Shown: in pieces, positions 1 to 11,910 of the stretch
Layout of the letters: every line of letters begins with the position of its first letter
Numbering within the stretch: the stretch's first letter is position 1
Assembly (NCBI RefSeq): GCF_001194135.2
Contig: NC_069001.1
Span: forward strand, 25,342,074-25,395,644
DNA from: Octopus bimaculoides
Taxonomy: Eukaryota
Reading direction: 5' to 3'
DNA: 53,571 bases
Program-made: the position numbers and the translations under genes
Notes under the pieces: generated by a model
Database searches by the model: none
What the model saw: only the letters and a program-made list of their open reading frames with translations
What the model was told of the DNA's origin: nothing

Positions 1-410
1 TATATATATACGTATACACATGCATATATACCTGTATATATGTGTATATATATGTATGTATGTACGTATGTATATATATATGGACATATGTAGCGTGCAT
101 AGAATAATTACACGTCTGAAAATCAATATTTAGAAGGAAACTGAGATGATATACAATACATGCTTATCTTTAAAAGTATTAATGTATCGATATACGTCTG
201 TAGATTCCTATTTTCTCACCTATCTACCTATCTCTCACTTTCTTTTCTTTCTCTTTCTCTCTATGTCTCACTTTTCTCTCTCCCTCTTTATCTCACTTTC
301 TTCTCTCTTTCTCTCTGTTTCTCCCTTTGTGTCTTTGTATTTATGTATACATACATACATATATACACGTACAAACATACATGCCTAAACACACACACAC
401 ACACACACAC
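1..410. repeat. Compound TA/TG, CT and CA microsatellites
   Basis: Visible (TA)n/(TATG)n at 1-90, CT-rich tract about 240-330, (CA)n about 388-410. Confidence 0.85.
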
Positions 411-1238
411 GTATAAATACTCACTCACATATAATCCCTTTTCGTTTGTGTGTTTGCCAACATGCAATATACAAATGCAAGAGAGATTTCACTTCTAAAG
501 AACGATTCCTATTTAAATTAATATTCTGCTTATTGCTTGATATATTTTTTCTTATTTATTATTCTTTGGAGCAAATAACATTTCTCTTGATAATTCTTCC
601 TTATCATATAACTCTTCTAGCGGAAAGACAATATGGTAGCAGAGGTAGCAAATTTAGCTATATTTATATAATTATTCCTCGTTCTCTTTGTCAATACCAT
701 CAACATTCTTTCATATTTCTTGCTTGTTTTTTTCTTATTTGAAATGAATATTTTACACTGAATTTGCAAAAGTTGTTTCATTTACAGAAAATGTTCGCAA
801 CTTATATCGTCTGAAAAACTGCTACTGACGTTGGTGATATATCTATGCTGTCCAGGTGAAATTTATATCATTATATAATGTCACTGTAATCTGATTCTTT
901 GACATCCAATCTATTTTTCATATACTATTACAGAAACAGAACGAACTCGAAATCAATTGCATAAATTTTCAAATAACACAATCTATCTAACTTGGAGTCA
1001 ATATTATTTCTATGTATAACAAATTACATTCTACCATAGATAAGTGCCATTAACCACTAGCTCCCCATCATTTGAAGAAGCCTATCCCTTAATGCCAGTA
1101 TATTTACGACGATATTGTACAATTGAGAAGGATTTTATTCATATTTCTAGAATTTTAAATTTTCTCATTTGTGTTCTGTTGTTAACTCAATTGACAAATG
1201 TTTTCTTAGATTGCAGTGGAAATAGTATTATATAATAG

Positions 1239-1440
1239 CTTCGAATTTTGATAGAATCCTAGTAATTTCGGTGGACGCGTAAGTCGATTATATCGAAACC
1301 AGGGCTCAAAATGCTACTTCTTTTACATTCCCTTGAAAGGATGAATAGCTTAGTCGACCTCGGCGGAATTTTAACGTAAAAACGGACTTAATGTCGTGAA
1401 GCATCTTGCCCAACGTGCCAACGATTCTGCCAGCCCGCCG
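1239..1440 (-). mobile_element. tRNA-derived SINE family A, diverged copy
   Basis: Reverse complement contains family motifs ggcgggctggcagaatcgttggcacg and aaattccgccgaggtcgac shared with 8670-8885 and 10453-11337. Confidence 0.8.
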
Positions 1441-2202
1441 TTTCATGCAATTAAATGTTATATCCAATTTTTATTACGTGCCTCACTTGAGGGAGGGTAA
1501 CATTCCCATGCTGTGTTTGTCAGGGTTACTATGAAGGCTGATTATACTTAACTCATAAAATCACAAGGAAATAACAAGAGCTCAAGACCTTCGAAATTAT
1601 TGTACCTGCTTTCGGGTGTTAGATTTAATTGTAGTTATGTTCAATGCCTATATCTTTACATTGATATCATTAGAACGATTCACCTAATATATCGTTGATT
1701 CATCTATCCCTAAATGTTTAGAGCACCAATCACAAGTGAGTTGCACTGAAAACTGACGACTGCGCTGGGAGATGGCAAATATAGAGATCTGCATGTATTG
1801 ACAACAATTGTGTAAGTGCTACAAAATCACAGTATGGCTCATATTTTTCATCAGGAGAGAAAGCACAGTTTTGTCGCATCTTACAAGAGCAAAAATGACT
1901 CTGCAGGTGCATAGGATAATTAAATATTCAGGTAATTTATCCTATATGCGTGGTAAAATTGAACATTAAAAAAGACAAATACCTAAATATCAGATTGTAC
2001 TTAGATTATCGATATAACTACGTGAAGATGAGATTGTGACAACATAAATTTGTCCCAAGTAACCGCGCATTTACGATGGAGCATCTGCTTTTTTAAAATA
2101 ATTAATACACAGCGTGTACTATTTACAACTAAAAGTGCTTTGGCTGTTGTTCGTTATAGCAATATCATTCCAGAAATACTTTGCAGAACCACATATATAT
2201 AT

Positions 2203-2573
2203 ATGGCCCAGTCGTTAGGGCAGCGGACTCACGGTCGTAGGATCGCGGTTTCGATTCCCTCACTGGGCGTTGTGAGTGTTTATTGAGAGAAAACACTTAA
2301 AGCTCCACGAAGCTCCGGCAGGGGGTAGTGGCGAAACCTGCTGTATTCTTTTACCACAGCTTTCTCTCACTCTTTCTTCCTGCTTCTGTTGTACCTGAAT
2401 TTCAAAGGACCAGCGTTGTTACACTCTGTGCCACGCTGAATCTCCCCGAGAACTACGTTAAGGGTACACGTGTCTGTGGAGCGTTCAGCCACTTGTACGT
2501 TAATTTCATGAGCAGGCTGTTCCGTTGATCTTATCAATTGTAACCCGCGTCCTCGTAACCGACGGAGTGCCAC
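2203..2573 (+). mobile_element. tRNA-derived SINE family C (long form)
   Basis: Pol III A-box-like ggcccagtcgttaggg and B-box ggtttcgattccc; head shared with 38900-39160 and 7320-7484; GC-richer body ending gacggagtgccac. Confidence 0.75.
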
Positions 2574-3782
2574 TATGAACGTGTAACTTTGTTGTTAAAT
2601 CAATACCCAATACAAAACTCAGAATTAACTCACTAATATATGGTACTGCTCCTACATGGGCTTTGTGACGATGTTGTAGTAAACTCAAGAAATGAAAACA
2701 TTGTCTATTAGGCCGTAGATTATTATCAGCTGTTCATGTTTCGTTGCTAACTACCTTTTCATTTTCCCGAATTGAGAAATGAAACACTGAAAAAAGACTA
2801 GAATTTCGAGTATTATTCTCAGTGGGAAGATATTTCTCATTCTTATTGTTCATGTTTTCTTCTTTTTCAACTAACGAACACTTATGATAAATGTGTCTTA
2901 TCGTTTGCCTCATGAGAAGCATATCTTCAGAATACCAGAGTATATCAGGTGTTGGCATCTCATAGGTCGTAGGTCATTAGTTTTGTTATCTTAACTCGTA
3001 TATTCGTGGCACTTGGGAATAATCGTACGAACTAAAGTCGGTAGTTCTAACTAAAATGATTCTGTCAAGGGATACTTTTTCAACATATATTTATATGTTT
3101 ATTTATTCATTATTTCTTTCTTCAAGTAGAAAATATATTGGATGCAACAATGAAATATAACTAAGCTGAAACACGGAAAAACCGCATAAACGACTTCGAA
3201 AAGTTCATTTTGCAAATACTTCTCGAAGTAAACATATTGAGTATATGGATATCGTAGGAAGAAAAGTTAATCGCTTTCATTAACAACAATATTTATCCTT
3301 TAGGTGGCTTTATCGAATTCCGTGTTGGTACAAGATTTTGATATACGGATACAGTTTTTTTTCTGTCCTTATATGAGTATCAGGAGCTACATCATCAGTA
3401 AAATCAGCATAACCTACATTTTTTTCTCTTTATCTGTTTCTTTCTCTGGAACTCATCGTATTTGGTGGATAACCTAGGATACGTATATGCTATTGTAATT
3501 TTGTTTTATTTTATTTGGAATGCAGCGTATATTTTATTTTATTTGATTTGATATTAATGTGTTAATTCGAATATAATTAATTATTTACAATATGTATTTT
3601 GAGCCCATTTTTCTATTTAAGGTTTTCTTCGATATTTTTTTAAATAGGATGAATCTATATTAAATTTATTTGGTTTGGGCATTAAACATCCATGACCGTT
3701 ATTTGAAACGACCACTCAAACGAATCCATGTGTTTTAAATTTTATATTGCTTTCGATTGCATTGTTATTCCTTCCCCATTTC

Positions 3783-3838
3783 TAACAAAACTGTCCGATG
3801 AACGGGAACGTGAAACTCGGAGTAACAGTCTTTTGTTA
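3783..3838 (+). ncRNA. Type I hammerhead ribozyme-like motif (U4C core variant)
   Basis: Stem I taacaaaactgt/acagtcttttgtta; core CCGATGA 3795-3801; stem II ACG-GGAA-CGT; GAA; near-palindromic stem III ACTCGGAGT; GUA site ending at 3824. Confidence 0.7.
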
Positions 3839-3940
3839 TATTTCTGCTGCTTTTAACTAAAGCATATTACTCTACCTCTGGTATTTGAGTACTCTTTTTT
3901 CCACCTTATTGCACATTTCATGTGCTTACTCCGGTATATA

Positions 3941-3965
3941 NNNNNNNNNNNNNNNNNNNNNNNNN
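3941..3965. other. Assembly gap (first of nine: also 22963-22972, 24231-24330, 28293-28557, 34821-35085, 40870-41383, 43125-43584, 44762-44864, 52332-52631)
   Basis: Runs of N, mostly flanked by dinucleotide repeats. Confidence 0.99.
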
Positions 3966-4599
3966 TATATATACATGTTTGCCTGTGTCTGTATTTCTGC
4001 AAACATGCAAATTTCGCCTTGATGTGTATGCTTTTGTGCGTATGCATGTTTCTGTGTATTTGGTTGTGCTTGAATTGGGGATTGTATGCACGTAATTTTC
4101 GCTTCGTGTCACATCACACTTCATATCGCACATCGTCTACATTTTATTTACTCCTTAAATATTAAATCAAGCAAATCACGGTTTACTTTCTCTCGGTTTC
4201 TTGAAGGAGTGTGATATATTTTACCACACCCACCTCATTTTCTTATGTTAAGTATATATTATACATAATGTACAATGACTTGAGCATGCAATCATTCTTC
4301 ACCTATACACACGCAAACATAAAATCCCATGTTAGACATATTCACACATAACAAAACACAAATGATAGAGAAAACTAAGAGAGAGGTGTATGTAGAACAC
4401 AGTCATAGGTATGCATGTATGTATATATATATTTATGTAGATATGTGTGTATGTTTGTGTGTGTGTGTGTATACAGACACACAAAGTGTGGAAATATATA
4501 TCTGTAACACAGAGTCGCACTTATATCGAGAATATTTATGAGTATACATATATACATATCACGCACACACACACATAAACATTGATGCGAGTACCTATT

Positions 4600-4647
<48 letters not shown>

Positions 4648-5852
4648 GTATTATCATTCGTAGTAGAAATTTTGTCATTGTAATTCTTATATACATAATT
4701 CATGCATGAATAGACTTGCTAATGCACCAACTTAGTCACCCATGGGAAAAATATTTCAAGAAGCGTATTCACATTCGAAAGAACAAACATACACGCCCAT
4801 TTTGACTAACATTAATTTCTTTCAGAATTTTCCTTCCTATTCCTTCTTTATGCACCAGAAACACGTTTTCACGCACACATTTCTATATCTTTCTATACGC
4901 ACAAGTCTATAGACATATACCTAAGTGTATAATATATGTTTTAGTACAACAGCATACGAATTCTATAGTCATCACATTGTTCGTTACGTTTTTAAGCACC
5001 TACATTGACGTTCACACCTACGCTAAGAACCACACGCCCGCTCACACCAAATACAAACTCAAAGTGTAGAAAAAAAAGAAAAACACGGCAATCTTTACTG
5101 CAGTCTTCTTCACGTTCAGATTTCTGTGCTTGATATTTTATGGAATTTTTCTGTATAGTAAGTAGATTTGTGAGTAAACAGATGTCATTATATGTGTGAG
5201 AAATTAACGATACACGGATATACATACGTGCCTAACATAGATAACCTATGTGTGTGTGTGTGTGTGTGTGTATAGATGCATAAGTATAAATACATATACA
5301 CACACACGTATATATATATATGGAAAAAGATGTAGAGAGAAAGAAAGGGTAATACATATACCAGAGTATGACATAGATTGAATTGTTTTATGATATTTAA
5401 TATATTCATTTGAAAATAATATAATTAGGTTATTTCAGCATTTATACACCACAAATTTCTTGAATCTCTAATTAAAATGTAAAAGATATACAGGCGTGAT
5501 AATTTTAATATGATTCATTAAATGAATATTTTTAAAGAGAATAATCAATATAGATCTGTGTGAATCTGGAATTTAATGTCAAATGATGACGACAAATTTC
5601 ATATTTTGCTCTCGTAAGACTTCCCAAGTGATTCGTAGTTTAATTAGTTGTCAACGCTGTGATTTTAAAAATTTACAAAATTAGGAGACGCAATAAAGCT
5701 AATTAATAGTATCAATGATATACCCCCATGTGTTTTCCTCTGGCATACTGTCTTGATTTTGTTATGTTGGAAACCCAGACGTGAAGAATTGATCTGCTTG
5801 ACCTTCTTTCGTTTCCGTAATAGACGTCTATTCGTTTACAAGCTTTTATTTA

Positions 5853-5914
5853 CATCTCATTTCAGGAAATCATGACAAAATATCATCTCATTTCAGCAAG
5901 TCATGATAAAATAT
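5853..5914 (+). repeat. 31-bp tandem duplication
   Basis: catctcatttcaggaaatcatgacaaaatat followed by catctcatttcagcaagtcatgataaaatat (3 mismatches). Confidence 0.85.
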
Positions 5915-6519
5915 ATAGTGCTACAATTCCTTTGCAACACTCTATATTTCTCATTTTCTAAAATGATCTACAGTTTAGCAATTCTAACTACGTTAACATC
6001 TTGTAGAAATTGTAAAGGTTGCAGGAATTTGGAGGTTAGAGGATACTATTGAAACCATGTTTAAGATACATGCTGTACGTAATTTGGAATAGAAATAAAT
6101 ATCATAAAGCAAACGGAAACAAATCTTTGCGGTATGTTTCTTACAAACCTTTTATTAGTAGAACAACGAATGAAAAGAAATATAATTCTTTATCGTATCA
6201 ATTATTCAGTTTTTCTGTTAGATGTTTTAATTACCATTGGTATAGCTGTCACTCTTTTATACACGAGATAGAATGGCAAAAATCGAACAAAGTGCCTCGG
6301 GGTAGCTAGTTTTTTTACATTTATGTTCAGAATTCGAATTTGGTTTCTGTCCACCTACACTTAATTCATTCAGGGCCGTTATCGTAAAGTACTATTCCAC
6401 TCATAGTTGCACAATTTGACAGCTTCTGTTTCTCTGTTGTGTTTCATCGTTATTGACTTTGTATTTCATTTAAATAGTGAGACATTTTATATAGAGAGAT
6501 TTTTTTTTTTTACTTAAAG

Positions 6520-6745
6520 GGGTGGGACGTGCAATTTCCTGTAACTCAGACTGACTCATGGTCAAAATTGAGAAGGCAGTGCCCCGGAGAAGGGTCAGGA
6601 AGATACGCTTGAACAGTCACTCTGATTGACGGGGGTCAAGAATGCTGGAAGAGTCACTCAGGCTTAGAGGGGCCAAGAATGCCAGGGCTCTCCATTGCCA
6701 CAAGCTCGACTGTCAACCTGCCGAAGGTTCTTTCTTCAGCCCTTC
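6520..6745 (-). mobile_element. Degenerate C-terminal fragment of a CRE-like (restriction-like endonuclease) non-LTR retrotransposon
   Basis: Minus-strand translation gives TVELVAMESPGILGPS and, after a stop/frameshift, LFKRIFLTLLRGTAFSIL, resembling the P-x-A-x-E-T-x-G-x-x-G and LFQRLSxAxxRGNAxSIL motifs of CRE-type elements. Confidence 0.55.
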
Positions 6746-7319
6746 AAATGAAAAGGAGAAAAAACAATGTGTCGATTTCCTTAATGTTTTATTCACGTTA
6801 GTGTCACTAAAACATAAATCTATTTCTTTGATTAGTTTCAATAACATATTTAGTAATACTGAGCTACCGTCCATGATCATTCTCTTGATTTCTACACGGC
6901 ATTCTGTCACTCGAAAAACAAAAAGGACTTATAAAATTCCCCTCCTCAGCTACTCTTCGGAGCAATAACCTTCATGCTCATATAGAAGGGACACGACTGT
7001 GTGGAACGATTAGTGTTAATAGCTGTGGATTAAAATACTACGAGTAATGGTGGGTTGGAAAAATTGTCATTCAGGTGTGTCTGGTTAGTGGTGGATGGAA
7101 CCAACTTTGGTCAGAGATTTCTTGGTTTGTACGGCAGATGCCGGGAATAAGACATATATAACAATTTGCACCTGTTCAGACGAGATGTTAGATTGTGTAT
7201 GTGCGCGATTTGGCGATATTCATTAGCATAAGTAAGAATATGACGCATATCTATCCATTACAGTAAGATATAAATATTTAATAAATGGTTAATACACATT
7301 ACTCCGTAAGAAGTATAAG

Positions 7320-7484
7320 ACCAGTCTCCCTGTTTTTTTCCGCGTCCGGATGTTGAGTAGATTGGGGCAACGTGAATTAAAGTATTTTGCTCAAGAGCTT
7401 AAGTCATCTCCCGGTCCAGGAATCGAAACCACAATACTTCGATCGTGAGTCCAATACTCCTAACCACTAAACCACATGCCTTCA
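7320..7484 (-). mobile_element. tRNA-derived SINE family C
   Basis: Reverse complement ggcatgtggtttagtggttagg...ggtttcgattcctggacc...cttgagcaaaatactttaattcacgttgc matches the head and body of 38900-39160. Confidence 0.75.
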
Positions 7485-7510
7485 TAATGTTTCATACGTA
7501 TCGCCCCATG

Positions 7511-7729
7511 TATGAGGGGATGCTTGAAATGTTCCTGGCTTTGGCTAAACGAAAATATGGAACGATCAGTTATATATGGTTTTATTCAGCATATTCCCCT
7601 CTCAGGTTCACACATATTGAGGCTGTCCGTCAGTTTTTTCAAGCCCGTGGAAAAACTCAGAAGGTTCTGCCTCCGACCAGGCCTTTCGCAAGACCCTCAA
7701 AGCCAGGACAATTTCAGGACTCGCTTGTA
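7511..7729. mobile_element. Mariner-type MITE
   Basis: Imperfect TIRs tatgaggggatgcttgaaatgttcctggctt / aagccaggacaatttcaggactcgcttgta, TA at both ends, no coding capacity. Confidence 0.7.
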
Positions 7730-7819
7730 GATACTAGCGCAAAGATCGTACGCTAGGAATAAGTGATGCTATATTGATTTCTCACTTTGAATCAAGGCAG
7801 AAAACATTCTAGTGCTAAG

Positions 7820-7873
7820 GCGTGAAAGAAAAGATAATGAGAGGGAAAGAGGGAGAGGGGAAGAAAGAGAATC

Positions 7874-7904
<31 letters not shown>

Positions 7905-7959
7905 AACAAGCAGAGTGAGAGAGAGAGAAATAAGAAGAGAGAGAGAGAGAGAAACAAGC

Positions 7960-8002
<43 letters not shown>

Positions 8003-8066
8003 CAAGCAGAGAGAGAGAGAGAGCGAGAGGGACAAGCAGAGAGAGAGAGAAAGAGAGAGGGACAAT

Positions 8067-8109
<43 letters not shown>

Positions 8110-8116
8110 GGACAAT

Positions 8117-8151
<35 letters not shown>

Positions 8152-8165
8152 GTGTGTGTGTGTGT
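7820..8165. repeat. Compound (GA)n microsatellite with gacaagca/gacaatta interruptions, then (GT)n
   Basis: Directly visible; explains the RE/SL-rich ORFs. Confidence 0.95.
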
Positions 8166-8669
8166 ATGTATACATTTATCTATATATCTATGTGCATGTC
8201 CCTCTTATCAGCCCCGGGATCTATTTTACAAATCCCAGGAAAAAGGAAATCCAAGATAGCTACAGCAGGATTTGATCTCAACAGGCAAAAAACCGTAACT
8301 TAAATATTGCAATGTATTTCTCAGAACGTGTAGCCAGTCTGCTCCCCCAGGATTTTGCTAAGGATAAAATAATATCGACTGCGCACGTTTATTCTTGTAA
8401 CAGCTGTTAGTGATTTGTCTATTCTGCTCTCATCATCATCACTTGACATGTCAGGTAAAGAAGCCAACTTACTTTATAAACTACGCATGGAATAATATAG
8501 CCTTGGGTACAGTTTTGTCAACTATTAAACTTTGTATGACGTGCAACGGAAACCAACTCGTTCAGTACAGATCAGAAGCTGGACAACAATTCTTACAACA
8601 ATGATAAAGATAACCATGTCTTCTTCTTCTTCTACTACTACTACTACTACAATACCGTTACAGGTATAT

Positions 8670-8885
8670 TCTTTTCTACTCTAGGCACAAGACCCGAAAT
8701 TTTTTGGGGGAGGGATCCAGTCGATTAGATCGACCCCAATACGCAACTGGAACTTATTTATAGACCCCGAAAGGATAAAAAGCAATGTCGACCTCGGCGG
8801 AATTTGAACTCAGAACGTAACGGCAGACGAATTACCACTAAGCATTTCGCCCGACGTGCTAACGATTCTGCCAGCTCGCCGCCTT
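8670..8885 (-). mobile_element. Full-length SINE family A with 14-bp TSD
   Basis: Complete head to tail; flanked by cgttacaggtatat at 8656-8669 and 8886-8899. Confidence 0.92.
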
Positions 8886-9942
8886 CGTTACAGGTATATA
8901 TGATATGCACTCAGCATGTGCTTACTTAATGTAGACGAGAACAGCTGGCTCTCACGGCTCATTTCCATTTTCATAACCGACTTGTGTTGAAACAAAACTT
9001 ACAAATGCCACACGGGATATATATCAGGGACAGTAAATTAAATGAAACCCTAGTGACATGCTACCAAAAGAATTTACTAATGCGTCCAACAAATGACAAC
9101 CATCTATCTTTTACGTTTGTTTGAGTTTATTTATAAATACAATGTATTCGTCAAGAGCAAAAGAAAAGTAGAGCTGTTTCACAAAACTTCTCGATTTTTA
9201 TAAGATTTCTTTTCCCTTTACGTTGTATTTCCAATTAAGTTAAATTAATTTAAATGAACAATTTGTCTACTGTGCCTTTCTACACCAACATTAATAATCA
9301 AGATAATGGGTTTTACTCATTTCTATGAATGTAAGTTAAATTAATTAAAATTTACTGGCTTCCTACATTAAGAATTTTAACAACTATTTCAGTAACTCCT
9401 ATAATAATTCAGTTAAAACTACAAGAAAGCTGATTCATACATTTGTTACTTTACCATTTTCAGTCATTACACAGAAACCAGGCTGAGGTGGGAGGACTAT
9501 ATCAACCCAAGTAATTATTTCAAGCTGGGTCAGTCATACCAACCGAAGTAATTGTTATTCATTTTATCGATTTCATTTGAACGGTTGATAGTTTTTTTGT
9601 GTGTTTTTGCCTGTTTCACTTGAACAGACGTAAATCACCAGACCATACAACATTATTATTATAAACGTGCACAATGCGTATTCATCCAGGTGGCAAAGAG
9701 ATAAATTTAAACTGTTAAACGTCAGTTAGACCAATATTTATTGGTCAACAGTAGCCATGTGGAAGCACGATATTGTTCCATTATTGCTGTTGTTGATGTC
9801 GAGGAAGAACTCCCCCTGGTTTGATTGCAGAGTACTGTAATCATAGGTTGGAGGTACGCGAGTTAGATTTGCAAGTTCTGTTGTAGATTTTGATTACTGT
9901 AAAACCGTACCAGTTATAAACTTCTGAGCGTTTATCAGAATC

Positions 9943-10184
9943 TACAGGGTGGCCCAAAAGTAGGTTTGCAGTTATTCAACTATCTCTTTCGAATTCATAT
10001 ATTAACGGTTCAGATCTTTATTATAAAAAAGAAATATGAAAGCATAATTCTTTGCAAAGTTAGTTAATTTTGTCAAGCTCCCTTTTCAGTTTGTAAGCTA
10101 GAAATTTAAATGTAATAAAATATTTTAAAAGAAATTTAAAGTGGCTACGTGATAACTGTAAAGCTACATATGAGCCATGGTGTA
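9943..10184. mobile_element. Tc1/mariner-type MITE
   Basis: TIRs tacagggtggcccaaaagtaggtttgcagttat and ataactgtaaagctacatatgagccatggtgta (imperfect reverse complements), TA ends. Confidence 0.7.
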
Positions 10185-10415
10185 TTATTTATATCGACTT
10201 GCGTTGTTGGTTCATTGCTGTATCGACACAGGCTATTCCAGTTTAATATAAAGCCTCTTCTTTTTCAACCGTATGATTTCTTGATTTTCTAGTATTCCTG
10301 CAACGGGAAGTGGGTTATATATTCCTCTCAGAATATGAAGGACTAAGTGTAACATTGTCTGTGTTTAACGTTTGTGCTGTTGTTGTCCGTAAAAATCATG
10401 AAATTTTTCTCTTGA

Positions 10416-10451
<36 letters not shown>

Positions 10452-10452
10452 A

Positions 10453-10656
10453 GGCGGCGACCTGGCAGAATCGTTAGCACGCTGGCGAAATGTTAAGCGA
10501 TATTTCGAGTTCAAATTACGCCGAGATCGACTTTGCCTTTAATCATTTCGATGCCAATAAATTAAGTACTAGCTGAGTACTGTGGTCGATCTGATCGACT
10601 TGTTCCTCCTCAGAATTTCAGGCCTTTTGCCTACAAGTGAAAGGATTATTATTATT
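10453..10656 (+). mobile_element. SINE family A, array copy 1
   Basis: ggcggcgacctggcagaatcgttagcacg head, gactttgccttt core, (ATT)n tail. Confidence 0.88.
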
Positions 10657-10673
10657 AATTATTATGCGGCGAT

Positions 10674-10889
10674 GGAGGTGACCTGGCAGAGGAGGCGTTA
10701 GCACGCTGGCCGAGATGAGTAGCGGTATTTTACCAGTCGCTACATTCTGAGTTCAAACTCCGCTGAGGTCGACTTTGCCTTTCATCCTTTCGCAGTCGAT
10801 ATCATAAATATCAGTTAAAAATTGGGGTCGATGTAATCAGACATACACCCTCCCCCAAAATGTCAGGCCTTTATTAGAAACGATTATTA
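10674..10889 (+). mobile_element. SINE family A, array copy 2
   Basis: ggaggtgacctggcaga head, gaggtcgactttgcctttcatcctttcg core, cgattatta tail. Confidence 0.88.
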
Positions 10890-10892
10890 AGT

Positions 10893-11108
10893 ACGCAGTG
10901 AGCTGGCAGAATCGTTAACGCGCTGGACCAATGCTCGCCCGTCGCTACGTTCTGAGTTCAAATTTCGACGTGATCGACTTTACCTCTCATCATTTCGGGG
11001 TCGATGAAATAAGTACAAGTTGAACATTCACGTTGATGTAATTGACTCGTCCACTCTCTCAAAATTGCTGCACTTGCGGCGAAATTTGAAACCATTATTA
11101 TTACTATT
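10893..11108 (+). mobile_element. SINE family A, array copy 3
   Basis: gcagtgagctggcagaatcgtt head, ttctgagttcaaatt B-box region, aatttgaaaccattatta tail. Confidence 0.85.
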
Positions 11109-11113
11109 AATAA

Positions 11114-11337
11114 GACGGCGAGCGGGCAGAATCGGTAGCACTCCGAGCGATATGCTAAGCGGCATTTTTGTTCGTGCTTACGTTCTGAGTTTAAATTCCA
11201 CCGAGGTCCACCCCACTTTTTTTTTCTTTTCGGTATCAATAAAATGAGTATCAGTTTAACACTGTAAACGATGTGATCGACTTAACTCCCTCTCCAGAAA
11301 TTATTGGCATTGTGCCACAATTTGAAACCCATAATAT
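11114..11337 (+). mobile_element. SINE family A, array copy 4
   Basis: gacggcgagcgggcagaatcggtagca head, ttgtgccacaatttgaaacc tail. Confidence 0.85.
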
Positions 11338-11709
11338 CTGAGGCTGTTAGGCTTGCTCTACGTGAAAATGTTAAATTAAGAGAAACTTAATACGTATTTC
11401 TGCCATAGAAATAAGGCTACTGAAGTGGGTATCGGGGAAGAGTGTGTCGTAGACAGAAATGTGTGATCTGAGGAACGACTTCCGCTATACGTATTGAACA
11501 CCTTGTTATATTTTTCTGTGGAACTGAATAAAACACTTAACATGTACAGGAAAATCTATAGATCTTACGGTGGTCATGTTTATTTTATATAATGTTGTAT
11601 AGCAAAATACATACACACAAACACACGCACACATATGTGAGTCTATGTGTGTATATGTAGATGAAGCTATGTACATACATGTGCATATATATGCATATAC
11701 TCATATATT

Positions 11710-11749
<40 letters not shown>

Positions 11750-11910
11750 TAAGCACCATTGTGATTCAAGTATACAAAGGTGACATTCGCTCTTATGCTT
11801 AGTTTCGTATGTTTATGAATTTGTGTTTCAAGATTCTTGATGTGAGGTCGTGTGTTGAAACAGATATTGTTGTAGTTCGGGATGGTCTTTTTTTTTTTTT
11901 TTTTTGGTTT

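Noticed and set aside
2203-2275. tRNA-like heads here and at 7484, 14503, 38900 and 41940 as tRNA genes
   Set aside because: They continue into SINE bodies and lack a complete cloverleaf/acceptor stem.
8448-8461. 13-nt match to the 3' part of miR-8; 10-nt matches to miR-10 (about 27486) and miR-71 (about 42856)
   Set aside because: No full mature sequence or precursor hairpin; expected by chance.
9737-9880. Minus-strand open frame ELANLTRVPPTYDYSTLQSNQGEFFLDINN...
   Set aside because: Weak acceptor, no ATG context, no recognisable family.
10453-11337. Regularly spaced repeats as a CRISPR-like array
   Set aside because: Units are whole 200-bp SINEs with Pol III boxes in eukaryotic DNA; no repeat-spacer structure or cas genes.
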